The notes under the pieces are model-generated. The model was not told where the DNA came from and searched no databases. It worked only from the letters and a program-made list of their open reading frames with translations. Of a stretch of 64,000 nt of DNA, positions 25,965 to 38,216 are shown in pieces (the stretch's first letter is position 1; each line of letters begins with the position of its first letter). Source of the DNA: Octopus vulgaris (Eukaryota). The translations under genes and the position numbers were made by a program. The stretch covers positions 64,294,001 to 64,358,000 of the forward strand of contig OX597824.1 of assembly GCA_951406725.2 (NCBI GenBank), in the 5' to 3' direction.

Positions 25965-26716
25965 CAACTATACTGGTCCAGGAGGGATCGAAATCCCAGT
26001 ATCGAAATCAATACGGGACCTGGGGATAGACATGAGTGACGATGCATCTTTTTCTTCACACATCGCGAAGGTGGCGACAATGTGCAGACGACTCACTGGC
26101 TGGATCCTGAGGACATTCCGGACAAGAGACCGCGAGACCATGCTGACACCACGGAGGACACCTGTCCCAAGCCGCCTGGACCACCGCCCCCAACCGCGGC
26201 CACCGCACAGTGTCAAACCAACCACAGAGCCCGAGACAATCCAAAGACACTCCACCAAGAGGACCCCCACCATGAAAGAAAAGAACGATTGGGAGAGGCC
26301 TAGGGAACTCAACTTGCACTCCCTGGAACGAAGACGAGAGAGACATGCAGCGACACACACACAGAAAATCCTGGAGGGACCAGCACCAAACCCTGGAATT
26401 GAGAGCTGTTCCAATCCCCGCACAGGACGCCACCGCGTGGTGCCAAAGGTCCCGACCCCCACATCCAGGGCAAGGAGCAGATACTGCAACAGCCCGGGGC
26501 CCAGGGGCCCCCAGCTGCTCAACAAACCGCCAAGAAAACCAAGAGACCCACACGATGCGGACGCGGACACCCCCAAAAAACATCCAGACAAGCTGCCCTC
26601 CGGGATCCCAGATGAACCCACCGCAAGGCACGAAGGCAACCCAAGGGCAGCAGCCACAAACTCTCTCCCAGATCAGTGGCCAGCCACGGCAAACCGGACC
26701 CAGAGAGGGTAGCAAC
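25965..26716 (+). pseudogene. CR1-group LINE RT C-terminal fragment, T>C hypermutated from 26149
   Basis: Intact IRDLGIDMSDDASFSSHI..GWILRTF, then SRLDHRPQPRPP (for LDYCSQLWSP), LHSLERRRERH, GPQLLNKPP, IPDEP, AATNSL. Confidence 0.9.
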
Positions 26717-26719
26717 AAG

Positions 26720-26861
26720 TTAAAGTACTTGAACAATCAGATACAGATGTAATGTCTTGGTTCAAAATATTATTACCCATGTAATAAATATGATATGCTA
26801 TATGAGGTGGTATCAAAAAGTTCCCGGACTAGTTATGTATATATAAATGTATGTATGCATG

Positions 26862-26894
<33 letters not shown>

Positions 26895-27200
26895 GGCCAC
26901 AGACTAATGACTGAAACAAGTAAAAGAGTATGTGTATATGTGTGTGTGTCTGCATGTAAGTATGTATGTATATTACATATATATGCACGTATAGACGTTT
27001 TTGTATATTGGTCCATCATAATAATAGGTGAAAACATTGATAAATGTCAGCAACTGAGGAAATATATGTACATACTCGGAATTAAAGTACTTGAACAATC
27101 AGATACAGATGTAATGTCTTGGTTCAAAATATTATTACCCATGTAATAAATATGATATGCTATATGAGGTGGTATCAAAAAGTTCCCGGACTAGTTATGT
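26720..27200 (+). repeat. 119-bp direct duplication (26720-26838 = 27082-27200)
   Basis: Identical by eye; includes the mariner TIR start gaggtggtatcaaaaagttcccggact. Confidence 0.9.
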
Positions 27201-27845
27201 TTATTAAAAATAGCTATTTTGCTTAGTGCAAACATCATCTCCTTCAAAATAGTCACCTAGTGCATGAATACACCAGTTCCAGCCATTCCTGCTACTTTTG
27301 GAAACTAGCCTGGAAGTCATTTTCCATAAGCGAGTCAAGGATCTTCTGTGATTCGCTCTTGAACTCAACAATGGTATTAAAATGGCAACCTTTGAGCAGC
27401 ATTTTCATCTTGGGAAAGAGATGTAAGTCTACTGGTGAATAGGGTGGTTGTGGAAGTGATACCATGCTGTCTTTGGTAAAGAACTCACAAGTGGGGAGAG
27501 CTTGGTGATGCCACATGTTCAAATATTAGGACTGCCTGTATAAGCTCATACAACAGACCTTCAACATCAGCATTGGCGTTGATTGTACTCCAAAGATTCT
27601 CATGCACAAGCTGATGAATTTTCTCCTCATTTCTGGTGGGTGATGCTCATGGCAGGATATTCTTCCACTTTTGAAGCACCTGTGCCACTCAAAACATTGT
27701 GTAATACCCATTGCCTCATTGCTATAAGCTTATTGAAGCATGCTCAATGTCTCTGTAGCAGACTTCCCAAGTTTTATGCAAATTTTCACATTGGCTCTTT
27801 GTTTCAACTTCCTATCCATGACAAAAATCGCAGACTACGGCATAC
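27165..27845 (-). pseudogene. internally deleted mariner element
   Basis: FEWHRCFKSGR (HTH) and LPQPPYSPVDLHLFPKMK..F (catalytic C-terminus). TA-flanked TIR at ~27165. Confidence 0.85.
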
Positions 27846-29919
27846 ACATCATCATCATCATCGTTTAACATCCGCTTTCCATGCTAGCATGGGTTGGATG
27901 ATTTGACTGAGGTCTGGCAAACCAGATGGCTGCACCAGACTCCAATCTGATCTGGCAGAATTTCTACGGCTGGATGCCCTTTCTAACGCCAACCACTCCG
28001 AGAGTGTAGTGGGTGCTTTTTACATTCCACAGGCACGAGGGCCAGTCAGATGGTACTGGCAGCGGCCACGCTCAAATGGCGTTTTTTATGAGCCACCTGC
28101 ACAGGAGCCAGTCCAGCGGCACTGGCAACGACCTCGTTTGAATGTTTTTTCATGTGCCACCAGCACAAGTGCCAGTAAGGTGACGCAGGTAACGATCACA
28201 CTCAAATGGTGCTTTTTACATGATCACAAAAGCAGTTTGGCAAAAGAGAACAACAGAATAAGTAAGAGGCTTAAAATTTAAAAGTTAAGTACCGGGTCGA
28301 TTCATTCGACTAAAAATTCCTCAAGGCGGAGAACCCCAGCATAGCAACAGTCTAACAACCAAAACAAGTAGAAGATAAAACATAGAAGATAAAGTATCAA
28401 AAACAAAAAATAGAAAAGAATAAAAAAGCAAAATTTAATACTTCTGCATTATTTGATTTCCTATAAAAATTATCAAAAAATGTTTTAGTTTCAAAGTTAA
28501 CAATTGTTTCAAGATAAAATTGTCACAGATAAAATTATTACAGAATTAGTGTTGATACGGATATCCTAAATCTGTAATTAATCTCAAATTTGAAGCATAA
28601 CACACACACGCGCACACACACACACACACACACAATACTGCAATATTGATATGCTAAGGTATAACAGATAAGAGCATTTTTTTTATTAATTCATATATTC
28701 TTTATACAGAAGCACTCAATCTCTCTCTCCCCCTCTCTCTCTTCTGTTCACTATTTCATTGTCATTATTTGTATATTCTTTCTTTACTATCCTCTAAATA
28801 AAGGCAACTCCCCTGGGTAGTAGACTATCCAGTGTAGCAGTATGACAGACATTATAAAGCAATATGACTTATATAGTGTCACAGTATGACCTACATAACA
28901 TAACTATATAATATATACATATGGCCTGCATACTGTAGCACTGTGAACTACACTGAATAGAATTATTCTCTACAAAATGTATCAATATAACTGATCTACA
29001 TAATGCTATGATCAACATATCATTGACCTACATGACCTTGAGGTATGATCCGTGTAATGATCTGCAAAATGTACCACTGTGATCTACGTAATGCAGTATT
29101 ACAATTTCATTGATTTAGCACTATGGAATCATTATCATCCTCATCCTCATCCTCATCATCATCATCATTGTCATCAGCTAACTGACATGAATTGGACCTT
29201 TCAACAGAAGTTGGAGACAGGAGACTGCATCAAACTCTATTGACTGTTTTAGCATGGTTTCTATAGCTAGATAGTGGGTGGTTTTTTATGTGGCACCAGC
29301 TTCAGTGAGGTCACCAAGTAAATTAAATACAGGACAAGATCCCTCGACTGAGGGGAGAGTAGTGTAGAAAGATGTGGTTTATGTCAAGGGATAAAAGGTT
29401 AGAGCATAATAGAGGCCATAATGCTGTAGAGGACAATGCTACCTCAGTTAGAAAGGGAAAAGAGAGAGGGAAGGTGAGAGAGAGGAGGTGATGAGAGATG
29501 AGGAGAAAGATGAGGAGAGAGAGAAGAGGAGAGAGGAGATGGGGTGGGGAGGGGAGGGGGGACAGAGGAGAGCAAAGGTGAGAAAGTGGGAAGGAGAGAG
29601 AGAAGATGGTGAAGCAGATGTATTGGGATGCACCCCTAGGATGCAAGGTGGAAGAGTATATAAGTGTAGTGGTACAGAGGACTGGGTAGGGTAAATGGGC
29701 AAGTAAGTTCACAGGAGTGCAAAAGGAGTGTAGTAGATGGTAGGGATGAGGGGCTAGAAAGGATGAGTTACCAGAGAGAGAGAGACTCATTGGGGACAAA
29801 TTGCGAGCAGATAAGTTCATGAGAATTTGAAAGGAGAATGAGAGATAAAGGGGAAGGGGAGGGGAGCATGGGTGGAGGGAAGAAATGGTGTTAGATGAGT
29901 TGTGGAGTAGAGATGCATA

Positions 29920-30163
29920 AGGTGGCAAGCTGGCAGAAACATTAGTGCGCTGGACGAAATGCTTAGCAGTATTTCATCTGCCGTTATGTTCTGAGTTCTA
30001 ATTCCGCCGAGGTCAACTTTGCCTTTCATCCTTTTGGGGTCGATAAATTAAGTACCAGTTACACACTGGAGTCGATGTAATCGACTTAACCCCTTTGTTT
30101 GTTCTTGTTTGTCCCCTCTATGTTTAGCCCCTTGTGGGCAATAAAGAACTAAAAAGAAATAAG
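29920..30163 (+). mobile_element. tRNA-derived SINE with an A-rich tail shared with Tx1/L1-like 3' ends
   Basis: Head ggtggcaagctggcagaa..gagttctaattcc; tail cccttgtgggcaataaagaa; gatgcata TSD-like flanks. Confidence 0.75.
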
Positions 30164-30673
30164 GGATGCATAGACATAAATGGCACCTTTAAGGCCTCGT
30201 TTTTGCTAAGATGGACAGCAGGGCTGGGAAGATGAGTTGCCAGGGAGACAGACTCATTGGGAACAAATTGTGAGCAGGTAAGTTTGCGAGAACTTGAAAG
30301 GAGAATAAGAGATAAAGGGGAAGGGGAGGGGAACATAGTGAGTGGTGAATATGAATAGAGGGAAGGAAGGATGTTAGATGAGTCATGGGATAAAGGGTAA
30401 TAAACATGAATGGCAACTTAAGGGCTTCATTTTTGCTTAGATGGACAGCACTATTTCTAACCTATGTAATGTAATAATACAATGAAATAACATCTGAGTC
30501 ACCTTCATATAACACCCTCATGCCTTTTATTATATTATGTAGTCAAATATTACCCTAAAAAAGGGAATGTTTGTCATTACAAATATTGAGATCTCTGGTC
30601 TCCTTAATTAGATTTGACTAGGAAGCTAATTAACAACACAAAATAGCACCATAGCCTACAAGCTGTATCACTA

Positions 30674-31190
30674 AAGGTAAAGGTAAAATTACTTTCTCGA
30701 GTCATGCTAACTCATAAGGGTCAGTTTCCCAGCTTCCATGGTGTATATATTCCCCATCTGGACAGGACACCAGTCTGTTGCAGGGTTACTCATTTTAGCC
30801 AGCTGAGTGGGCTGGAGCAATGTAAAATGAAGTGTTTTGCTCAAGAACACAACATGTCACCCAGTCCAGGGATCGAAACCACAATCTTATGATCATGAGT
30901 CCAACACCCCTAACCACTAAGCTACATGCCTTCACTAAGTAAAGTTCCTTCATGAGTCATATAGAGTCATGGGACCAGTTTCCCAGTTTCCATGGCATAT
31001 ATATTTCCAATCCAGACAGGATGCCAGTCCATCACAGTATTACTCATTTTTGCCATCTGAGTGGACTGGGGCAACATGAAATGAAGTGTTCTGCTCAAGA
31101 ATACAATGTGTCGCCCGGTTCAGGAATCGAAACAACAATCTTACAATCACAAGTGCAACATCCTAATCATTAAGTCATGTGTCTCCGCAA
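30674..31190 (-). mobile_element. two tandem copies of a ~250-bp SINE with (TTTACC) tail
   Basis: 30674-30930 and 30940-31190 are homologous; B-box-like ggtttcgatccc. Confidence 0.75.
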
Positions 31191-31213
31191 TGTACCACTA
31201 GGACCAATACAAT

Positions 31214-31244
<31 letters not shown>

Positions 31245-31374
31245 CAGCAGCAGCAGCAGTAACAGCAGCAGCAGTGGTGGAAGTATCAGCGGTGGAGGCA
31301 GTGTCAGCAGCAGTGGCAGCATCATCAGCAGTGGCAGCATCAGTGGCAGTGGAAGCGGTAGCAGCAGCAGTAAC

Positions 31375-31473
<99 letters not shown>
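31214..31473. repeat. (AGT)n/(AGC)n microsatellite
   Basis: Directly visible. Confidence 0.95.
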
Positions 31474-34400
31474 TGTTTAGTTTTCAGGTCAGCTAATTGA
31501 CTATTTTGAACTAAAAAATCTTTTGCGGAGGACGTTGACCCATTACAGATGAACTTTTCGAGTCATCTGTACAGGCAATTCGCGAAAAAAATGACCTCGC
31601 AAACTACAACACTCACAGACAGAAAAGAGAAGGGTGAAACTACACCCTCCCTCCCGTTAAAACAGTAAGTTTTAAACATTCGACTAATTTTTCACATTCT
31701 CTTTTAAACTCGGTTGTTTAAATATTCGCGGCCTGGGGTCGTATTGGAAGCAAGGTTACCTCCTCAACGACCTTGGGTCGCATCGTTTGGATGTAGTTGC
31801 AATTACCGAATCCAGACTGAGTGGGCTGCAGGCTTTTTCGCCCCTTCTAAACAGCTACGAGAAATACGTTTCTCCCTGTCGACCGGGAGGGGGAGGAGGA
31901 GTGGCAGTGCTGGTCGGAAAAAACCTGGATTTAGAGATTAGAACTGTCTTTATAGATCCGGAAGGCAGGTTGGTCGTTTTGCTATGCTCCCTGCGAAGGA
32001 AAAGCCGGGCAGAAAGATTACTTCAAAAGCCTAGAGAATTTTCTCGGCACGTCGAACACGTTAGTATTGCTAGGTGACTTCAACATAATTTGCGATGCAC
32101 GCATAGATTATGTTGGCTCGAGAAAGAATAGGAGGGGATTACCTCACCTCAACGATCTGCTAAGTCGTTTCGAGTTGGCAGATCGATTCAGACTGGACCA
32201 CCCAGACGCTCCAACGTGGACCTGGGCAAGAAACGACGGGTCATCCAGATCTTACATAGATAGAATCATAACTAGAAGGAAAGGTAAGAAAATACTTAGC
32301 TGGCCACAACACCATATCGTCAGCTACAGCGATCATAAATTAGTGACCTTATCGCTTAACATAGATTGCATGTGTAGACGAGGTACCGGTTACTGGAAGC
32401 TAAACAAGTCACTATTGAACTGTGAAGCCTACAGGAATCGGATTAAACAATTAGTAATGAGGGCGTTAACTAGATCCATTATCAACAACAAATGGTGGTA
32501 CGACCTGAAAAGAGCCATCAAATTTGAGTCAATTAGGTTTAGCAAAGAATTAGCTAGTGCTAAAAACAAAGTAGAAAAGGAACTAGTCAAGGCAATAGAT
32601 GAGGCAATGAGGTCAGGCAGTGCATCGAACGTGTTAGCGGCGAGGTTGGCACTCGACCAACATCTCAAAGCTAAACATGAAGGGTGCATTGTCAGGGCTA
32701 AGATCCGTACAATGAGACAGGAAGAGATCAACGCAGCTAGATGGGCCCGGGTGTTAGAGGGCCAGCGTCGCAACAACTCAACCATTCGATCTTTGACGGA
32801 CCCAAATGGTCGATCAGTAAACGAACCCATGGAGATGTGCAATGTGTTTCACGATCATTTCGCCCAGCTATTCGAGAGGAGCAGCGGACTGGAGCGCGGG
32901 GAGAAGCTCGCAGACTTCCTAGCCGGTTCGCCGCATCTATCGAGGCCGGATGCGGAATCTTGTGAGGCGCTGATCACAGCCAAGGAAGTCGAGGATGTGT
33001 AGGTAGACTGCGGCGGGGACAAATCGCCGGGACTCGATGGTCTGCCTTACGAACTCTATAGTAGTATGCCAGACTTGTTTGGGCACCTACTTGCATGCGT
33101 GTACACCAACTGGCAGCAGAACGGGAGAATTCCTAAGTCTGTGAGCCGAGGGGTGGTAGCGCTGTTAAGAAAGGACCCAAACAAGGGGGATTTTATTTAT
33201 AATTTTCGGCCCATCACTCTGCTTAACGCAGAGTTGAAGATTTTTGCCAAGGTCTTAGCAAAAAGGTTGGCGCGGGTTGTGGGTGAACTTGTTGGCGAGG
33301 CGCAAACTTGCGCCATCCCTGGATTGACCATTCACGATAATCTCCACTTTCTACGCTATGCCTTAGGGTAAATAGGATTCCTGGCAGGGATGGGGCTATG
33401 GTTCACTTGGACCAATCGAAAGCGTTCGATTGGGTGGACCATCAGTATCTAGTGGCGGCTGGCTTCGGCCCGACCTTCCGCAGATGGATCAACGCTTTAT
33501 AAAGCAACATCGAATCGGTAGTTCGGGTGAACGGTTTCTTTTCGGAGCCGTTCCGCATAGAACGTTCGGTACGTCAAGGGTATCCTCTCTCCCCGCTTCT
33601 CTACGTTTTGGCCCTCGAGCCGTTGCTGAGGAAGTTGGAAACTATGAGGGGCACTCCGCAAGATCTAGGGTGCGGAAAGTCAGCTTCGGCATGTGCGGTC
33701 GACATCACTGTCATCGTATCCCGAGTCGAGCACCTACAGTGGGTGGGTGAGGTCTTAAGGGATTACGAAGTGGTGGCAGGAGCGAAAGTCAACCGGGATA
33801 AATCGGTCGGCTTGCAACTCGGCACCTGTAGGAGTAAGTCGATGTCTTCCGACTGTTGTTGTTATATATATATAATGTATTGAGTATTAAAGGAAGTAGT
33901 GAGCATAGGACGTTGGACGGAAAGGCCGGTGAAAATGCTTGGAATCAGGTTAGGTCCAGATCTCCAGATAGAGAAGAATTGGAGTGAGGTGGCGAGAAAG
34001 GTGGCTCTCCTAAATCAGACATGGTCTGAGCGGAAGCTGTCGTTGAAAGGGAGGGCGGAGGTTGCAGAGGTGTTTATCGCCTCTGTAATCACTTACCGCC
34101 TGACCGTCGTGCCTTGCCCCAATTCGTGACTGAACAAGCTGGAACGCATGTTCTTTCGCTTTTTGTGGAGGGGCAGCAGACCTCTTGTAAGGCACTCTAT
34201 ATGCTGCCAAAAGACACTGAAGGGTGAGTTAGGGATGCCGTGGTTAAAAATGCGCAGACATGCGCTCAGGCTTAGGCACCTCTGGCTTTACCTGTACGGT
34301 GAGCAGGTGTGGTCTCCGTTCGTCAAACTGTTATTTCCACAGTTCACATCGTTTACCAAACTGAACCCATGGATCGAGTGTAGACCGAGGTTGGGCGTGT

Positions 34401-35326
34401 GGCATGTAGAGTGCCATCAGGCACTCGTGCTTCTCTCCCAGTCGGGCAACGCCGGTGGCGGGGGTACTACCTCGTTCTTCTATAGAGGGTTAGTAGAGTT
34501 TAAGTGTGACGATGTCCTGGGAGAAACCCTGGGCTTCGACGAAAATCAACTGGCCATCCTGTTCCAAAGAACATTCGGTCCGGGGCCTATGGATAATTAC
34601 CAAAAGTCCCAGGCCTGGCAATGTTACAGAGGAGCTTTACCGGTTCGAGATAAGCTCTTTAGACATGGGTGTGCACCTTCGCCGGTTTGTGCAAGATGTG
34701 AGAGGGACATTGAAACTGTCCTGCATGCGATTGTTCAATACCCCAAGGTGACTGAACTCTGGGCTTATGTCGAACACCTGCTGTCGCATTCAAGAAGAGT
34801 ACAACTGTCGAGCGAATCTGTAATTAAGATCGTTCCGCCGACCTCCCTGAATAGGGAGGAGCGAGCCTGTTTTCTCTCGGTAGTTGCTGTGGCGAAAGAA
34901 GTAGTATGGAAGACGAGAGTGAAAGGAATTGCAACAGGCATGTTTATATCCAGTCTCGAGCTAATCGACTTTTTCGTTTTCCACATGAAACGGAAAATAA
35001 GGCTGGAGAAGAAATGCCTGTCGCAAAGTGTGTTTCGTAAAAGATGGAAGTATATAGCAAGTATGTTGTGAGTGAAAGAACCTGTTTAATCGAGAATGTA
35101 AAAAAGGAGAAAGCAAAGTCTTCAGTGTGAGTATGTGGTTTGTGGGGTCAACCTTGTCCTCCGCTTCATTTTGATTTAATCACTCATTCTAATTTAATTG
35201 TATATATTTTAATTGTTTGTTTATTCATACGTTTCGTCTCATTCGATACCCTGACCCCAACGTTTGTTTTGTCTGTCCCCGTATTGTCCCCTCTTTTTCT
35301 CAACCTTATGGTGAATACAGAAATAC
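31474..35326 (+). mobile_element. Tx1/L1-clade LINE, near-complete ORF2 (APE EN + RT + C-terminal Cys/His), with frameshifts and stops
   Basis: CLNIRGL, GDFN, YIDRI, YSDHK, GYWKLN (EN); KSPGLDG, NFRPITLLN, SVRQGYPLSP (RT); CARC..ETVLH. The 3'UTR ends at (TC)n. Confidence 0.93.
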
Positions 35327-35327
35327 T

Positions 35328-35373
<46 letters not shown>

Positions 35374-36648
35374 GTCTTTCTCTGTTACCCTCCTCCCACT
35401 ATCACATGATCTGCGATGGCCTATGGCAGTGTCATTTTTTATTGTGTTTCCTTCAACCGGACTGGTCACAATTTTCTGTGCTCCTCACTCTACCCTCCCA
35501 TGTCTATAGTCCTTTAGGACAGTCTTCGTTTCTCCTTCGTGTTACCCATTTTTGTCTTGTCTTGCATCCCTAAGCCTTTTTTTTTCCCTGCTGCATTTGT
35601 ATTATTATCATTTTAAGTGTTTTCTTCATGTGGCCCTAAGTCTTTATTCTGTTTACTGTTTTGTCCTTCATCTGTTCTCTAATGGTCTCGTCTTGAGCCC
35701 GTCTCATTTTGTTACGCTTTGGTTCCGTTCCTAGCAAGTTTCTTGCCAGTGCCTCCAGAGTGGAAGTAATATCATCAATAATGCCCCAATGTACAGGTAT
35801 GTCAAATTTTCTGTTTGTTGTCTTTTTATTTAATCCTGAAAATGTGTGTGTGTATGTGTGCATATGTGCCTGTGTACCTGTGTTTATGTATATACCAATG
35901 AAATTTTCATTCTTTTGAGACTGATAAAAACCAGTCCAAGGTGATGGATTGACACTATCATTAGTGCATTGAACAAGAGATCTTGTAATACCCAGTCCAG
36001 CTCCTTGAATTCTGAGTTCAAATCCTGTCTAGGCAGTCAAATCTCACCAATCAACATCTCATCACTCACTAAGAGAATCAATCGTGAGCTACAGCACAAG
36101 CATCTCTTTGCAATGAAAGCAGCCTCAGCATCATCTCAGCACAGTGGCCCCATAGATAGAGGAGCTTTGAAAACCAAGTACTGTAACAATGGAACTCCTG
36201 ACTTTTTCGCTACACTAGTGAATAGTCATAGAATTTGCAAATCCAAACACATCTCCAACAAGGAAATACTGCTGCCAACTGTTGTGGGGTTTTTTATGGT
36301 TAGGCTGTTGTTCGGTGTCAGTGTAGTTTTGTTATAATGCCTAAACTGATATGTCTCTTCAATATATGCAGAGTAAAGATACATAAGAAGATAATAATAG
36401 TCATTTGAGTAACCTATTTATTAGTATTATCTGTCCAAAGTGAATTGTTCTCTTGACATTTTATAAGAAGACACTGGTAAAAAAAAGCATACAAATACAT
36501 AAGCAGAATATATGAGGAAGTATCTAGGAATGTTTATTCATAGGAAAAAACAAATCATAGAAGTCAGTAATAAATTTATTATATCTTATTGAAAGCACAA
36601 CACAATGGTTGTGAATGTAAATTATAATGGACTCACCCAATCATACCT

Positions 36649-36852
36649 TTAACCCTTTAGAATTTAAACTGGTCATATCTGTCTCAAATACTTTACCTGT
36701 TTTATAGTCACACCTACCCTACAATGTCATTCTAAAGATAAACCATTACATCATTGAAATTTCAAAGATATAAGATAATACATGATTAATTCAAAACAAT
36801 GTGAATATATAAACATTAGATTTGATAGAGTAATCTGAACGCTAAAGTGTTA
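36649..36852. mobile_element. piggyBac-type MITE
   Basis: TTAA-CCCTTTAG ... CTAAAG(T)G-TTA termini. Confidence 0.6.
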
Positions 36853-37869
36853 TACAAAATTATATACGTATGATCTCACCTAAATATAATCTTTTAACTG
36901 TTAAACTAGGTAATCCAAAATGATTGGTGGACTCACCCAGACATACTTTTAAATAATGTTTAACCAGTGAACTCACCTGAACAAAGTTAAATATGAGTCA
37001 ATGAATCAACTTCTACATCATTGTTCAAATTGCTACCAATAAGAAACAAATCTCTCTAAAATCATATCATTCTCTCTTTACAAAGGAAGGACACAGTTTA
37101 CAATGTAGTCCTAGATACACAACGCCTGTACCCACCATCAGTCCTCCAATGAGTTTGTCATGAGTGAAATATCTTTGATTATAGAGCTGCTTAGTCACAG
37201 CTGATCTGGGGTTAAAGAAAAAACGTCAACAACATTAAACAGAAAAATGCGAAGTTAATAACTGACTCGCCCAAATACTTTTTTAATAATGATAAAGACC
37301 CACTGGGTATATTTTTAAATATATTTTAGACAAGAGAATTCTAAAAGAATAGTGAGTCAACATGAATGAATCTCTATAGAACAATAAGCACTATATAAAT
37401 GCTGGTTATTTATTCAGTCTGCTGGTTCATTGGTTGGCCGGTTGTTTTTTTGTTTTTTTTTAATTTGTTTCAGTTATTTAACTGTGGCCATGCTGGGTCA
37501 CTGCCTTGAAGTCAAACAAATTTAGTCAAACAAATTGACCCCAGGAATTTTCTTTTTTTTTTTTCTTAAACTTTGTACTTATTCTTTTAATCTCTTTTGC
37601 CGAACTGCTAAGTTATGGAGACATAAACACACCAGCACCAGTTGTCAAGTGGTGGGGGTGGGGGACAAACACAAAGACACACACATCGATATAAACACAT
37701 GTTTGTGCAAGCGCGTGTGCGTGCGTGTGTGTGGTTATACAATGGGTTCTTTCAATTTCTGTCTACTAAATCCACTCATAAGGCTTTGGTCAGCCCCAGG
37801 CTACAGTAGAAGGCACTTGCCCAAGTGGAACTGAAGCTGAAACTATTGTGGTTGGGAAGAAAGCTTCTT

Positions 37870-38216
37870 TATTTCATTAAATTTGCCACAAGGGCAGCAC
37901 ACAGAGAGAAGCTTGAGGGCTAGACAGAGACATTAATGGGATGAATGATGAGGATATGGGAATGATAAGGATGGGAGAAGACGAAAAGCGCCCACCGACT
38001 TTCGCTTCTCTAAAACATTGTTCTTTTTTTCTTTTTTTTTAAAAACACAATGAGGCAATAAACCTCTTACACAGTTCAAAATTTAAATTAAAACACAAAC
38101 ACGAGGCAATAATCCTCTCACTTTTTACATTTTTAGTCTCTTTTTGAGGTAATACACCTCTTCAATTTTTCCGCCCAGCCAGGCTCCTCGCTTCATCGAA
38201 GCACCTGGTCCGTTCC
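37870..38216 (-). mobile_element. LINE 3'-UTR insertion inside a SINE (37463-38245)
   Basis: 11-bp TSD gaaagcttctt at 37859-37869 and 38217-38227; tail gcccttgtggcaaattta. Confidence 0.75.

Noticed and set aside
28320-28400. SINE tail with TG>CA-type changes as a second hyper-edited tract
   Set aside because: Mixed substitution types over a short span; ordinary decay.
31177-31500. Poly-Ser / poly-Val ORFs
   Set aside because: (AGT)n microsatellite.
35969-36337. 122-aa ORF
   Set aside because: No recognisable domain; likely a decayed SINE/LINE mosaic.
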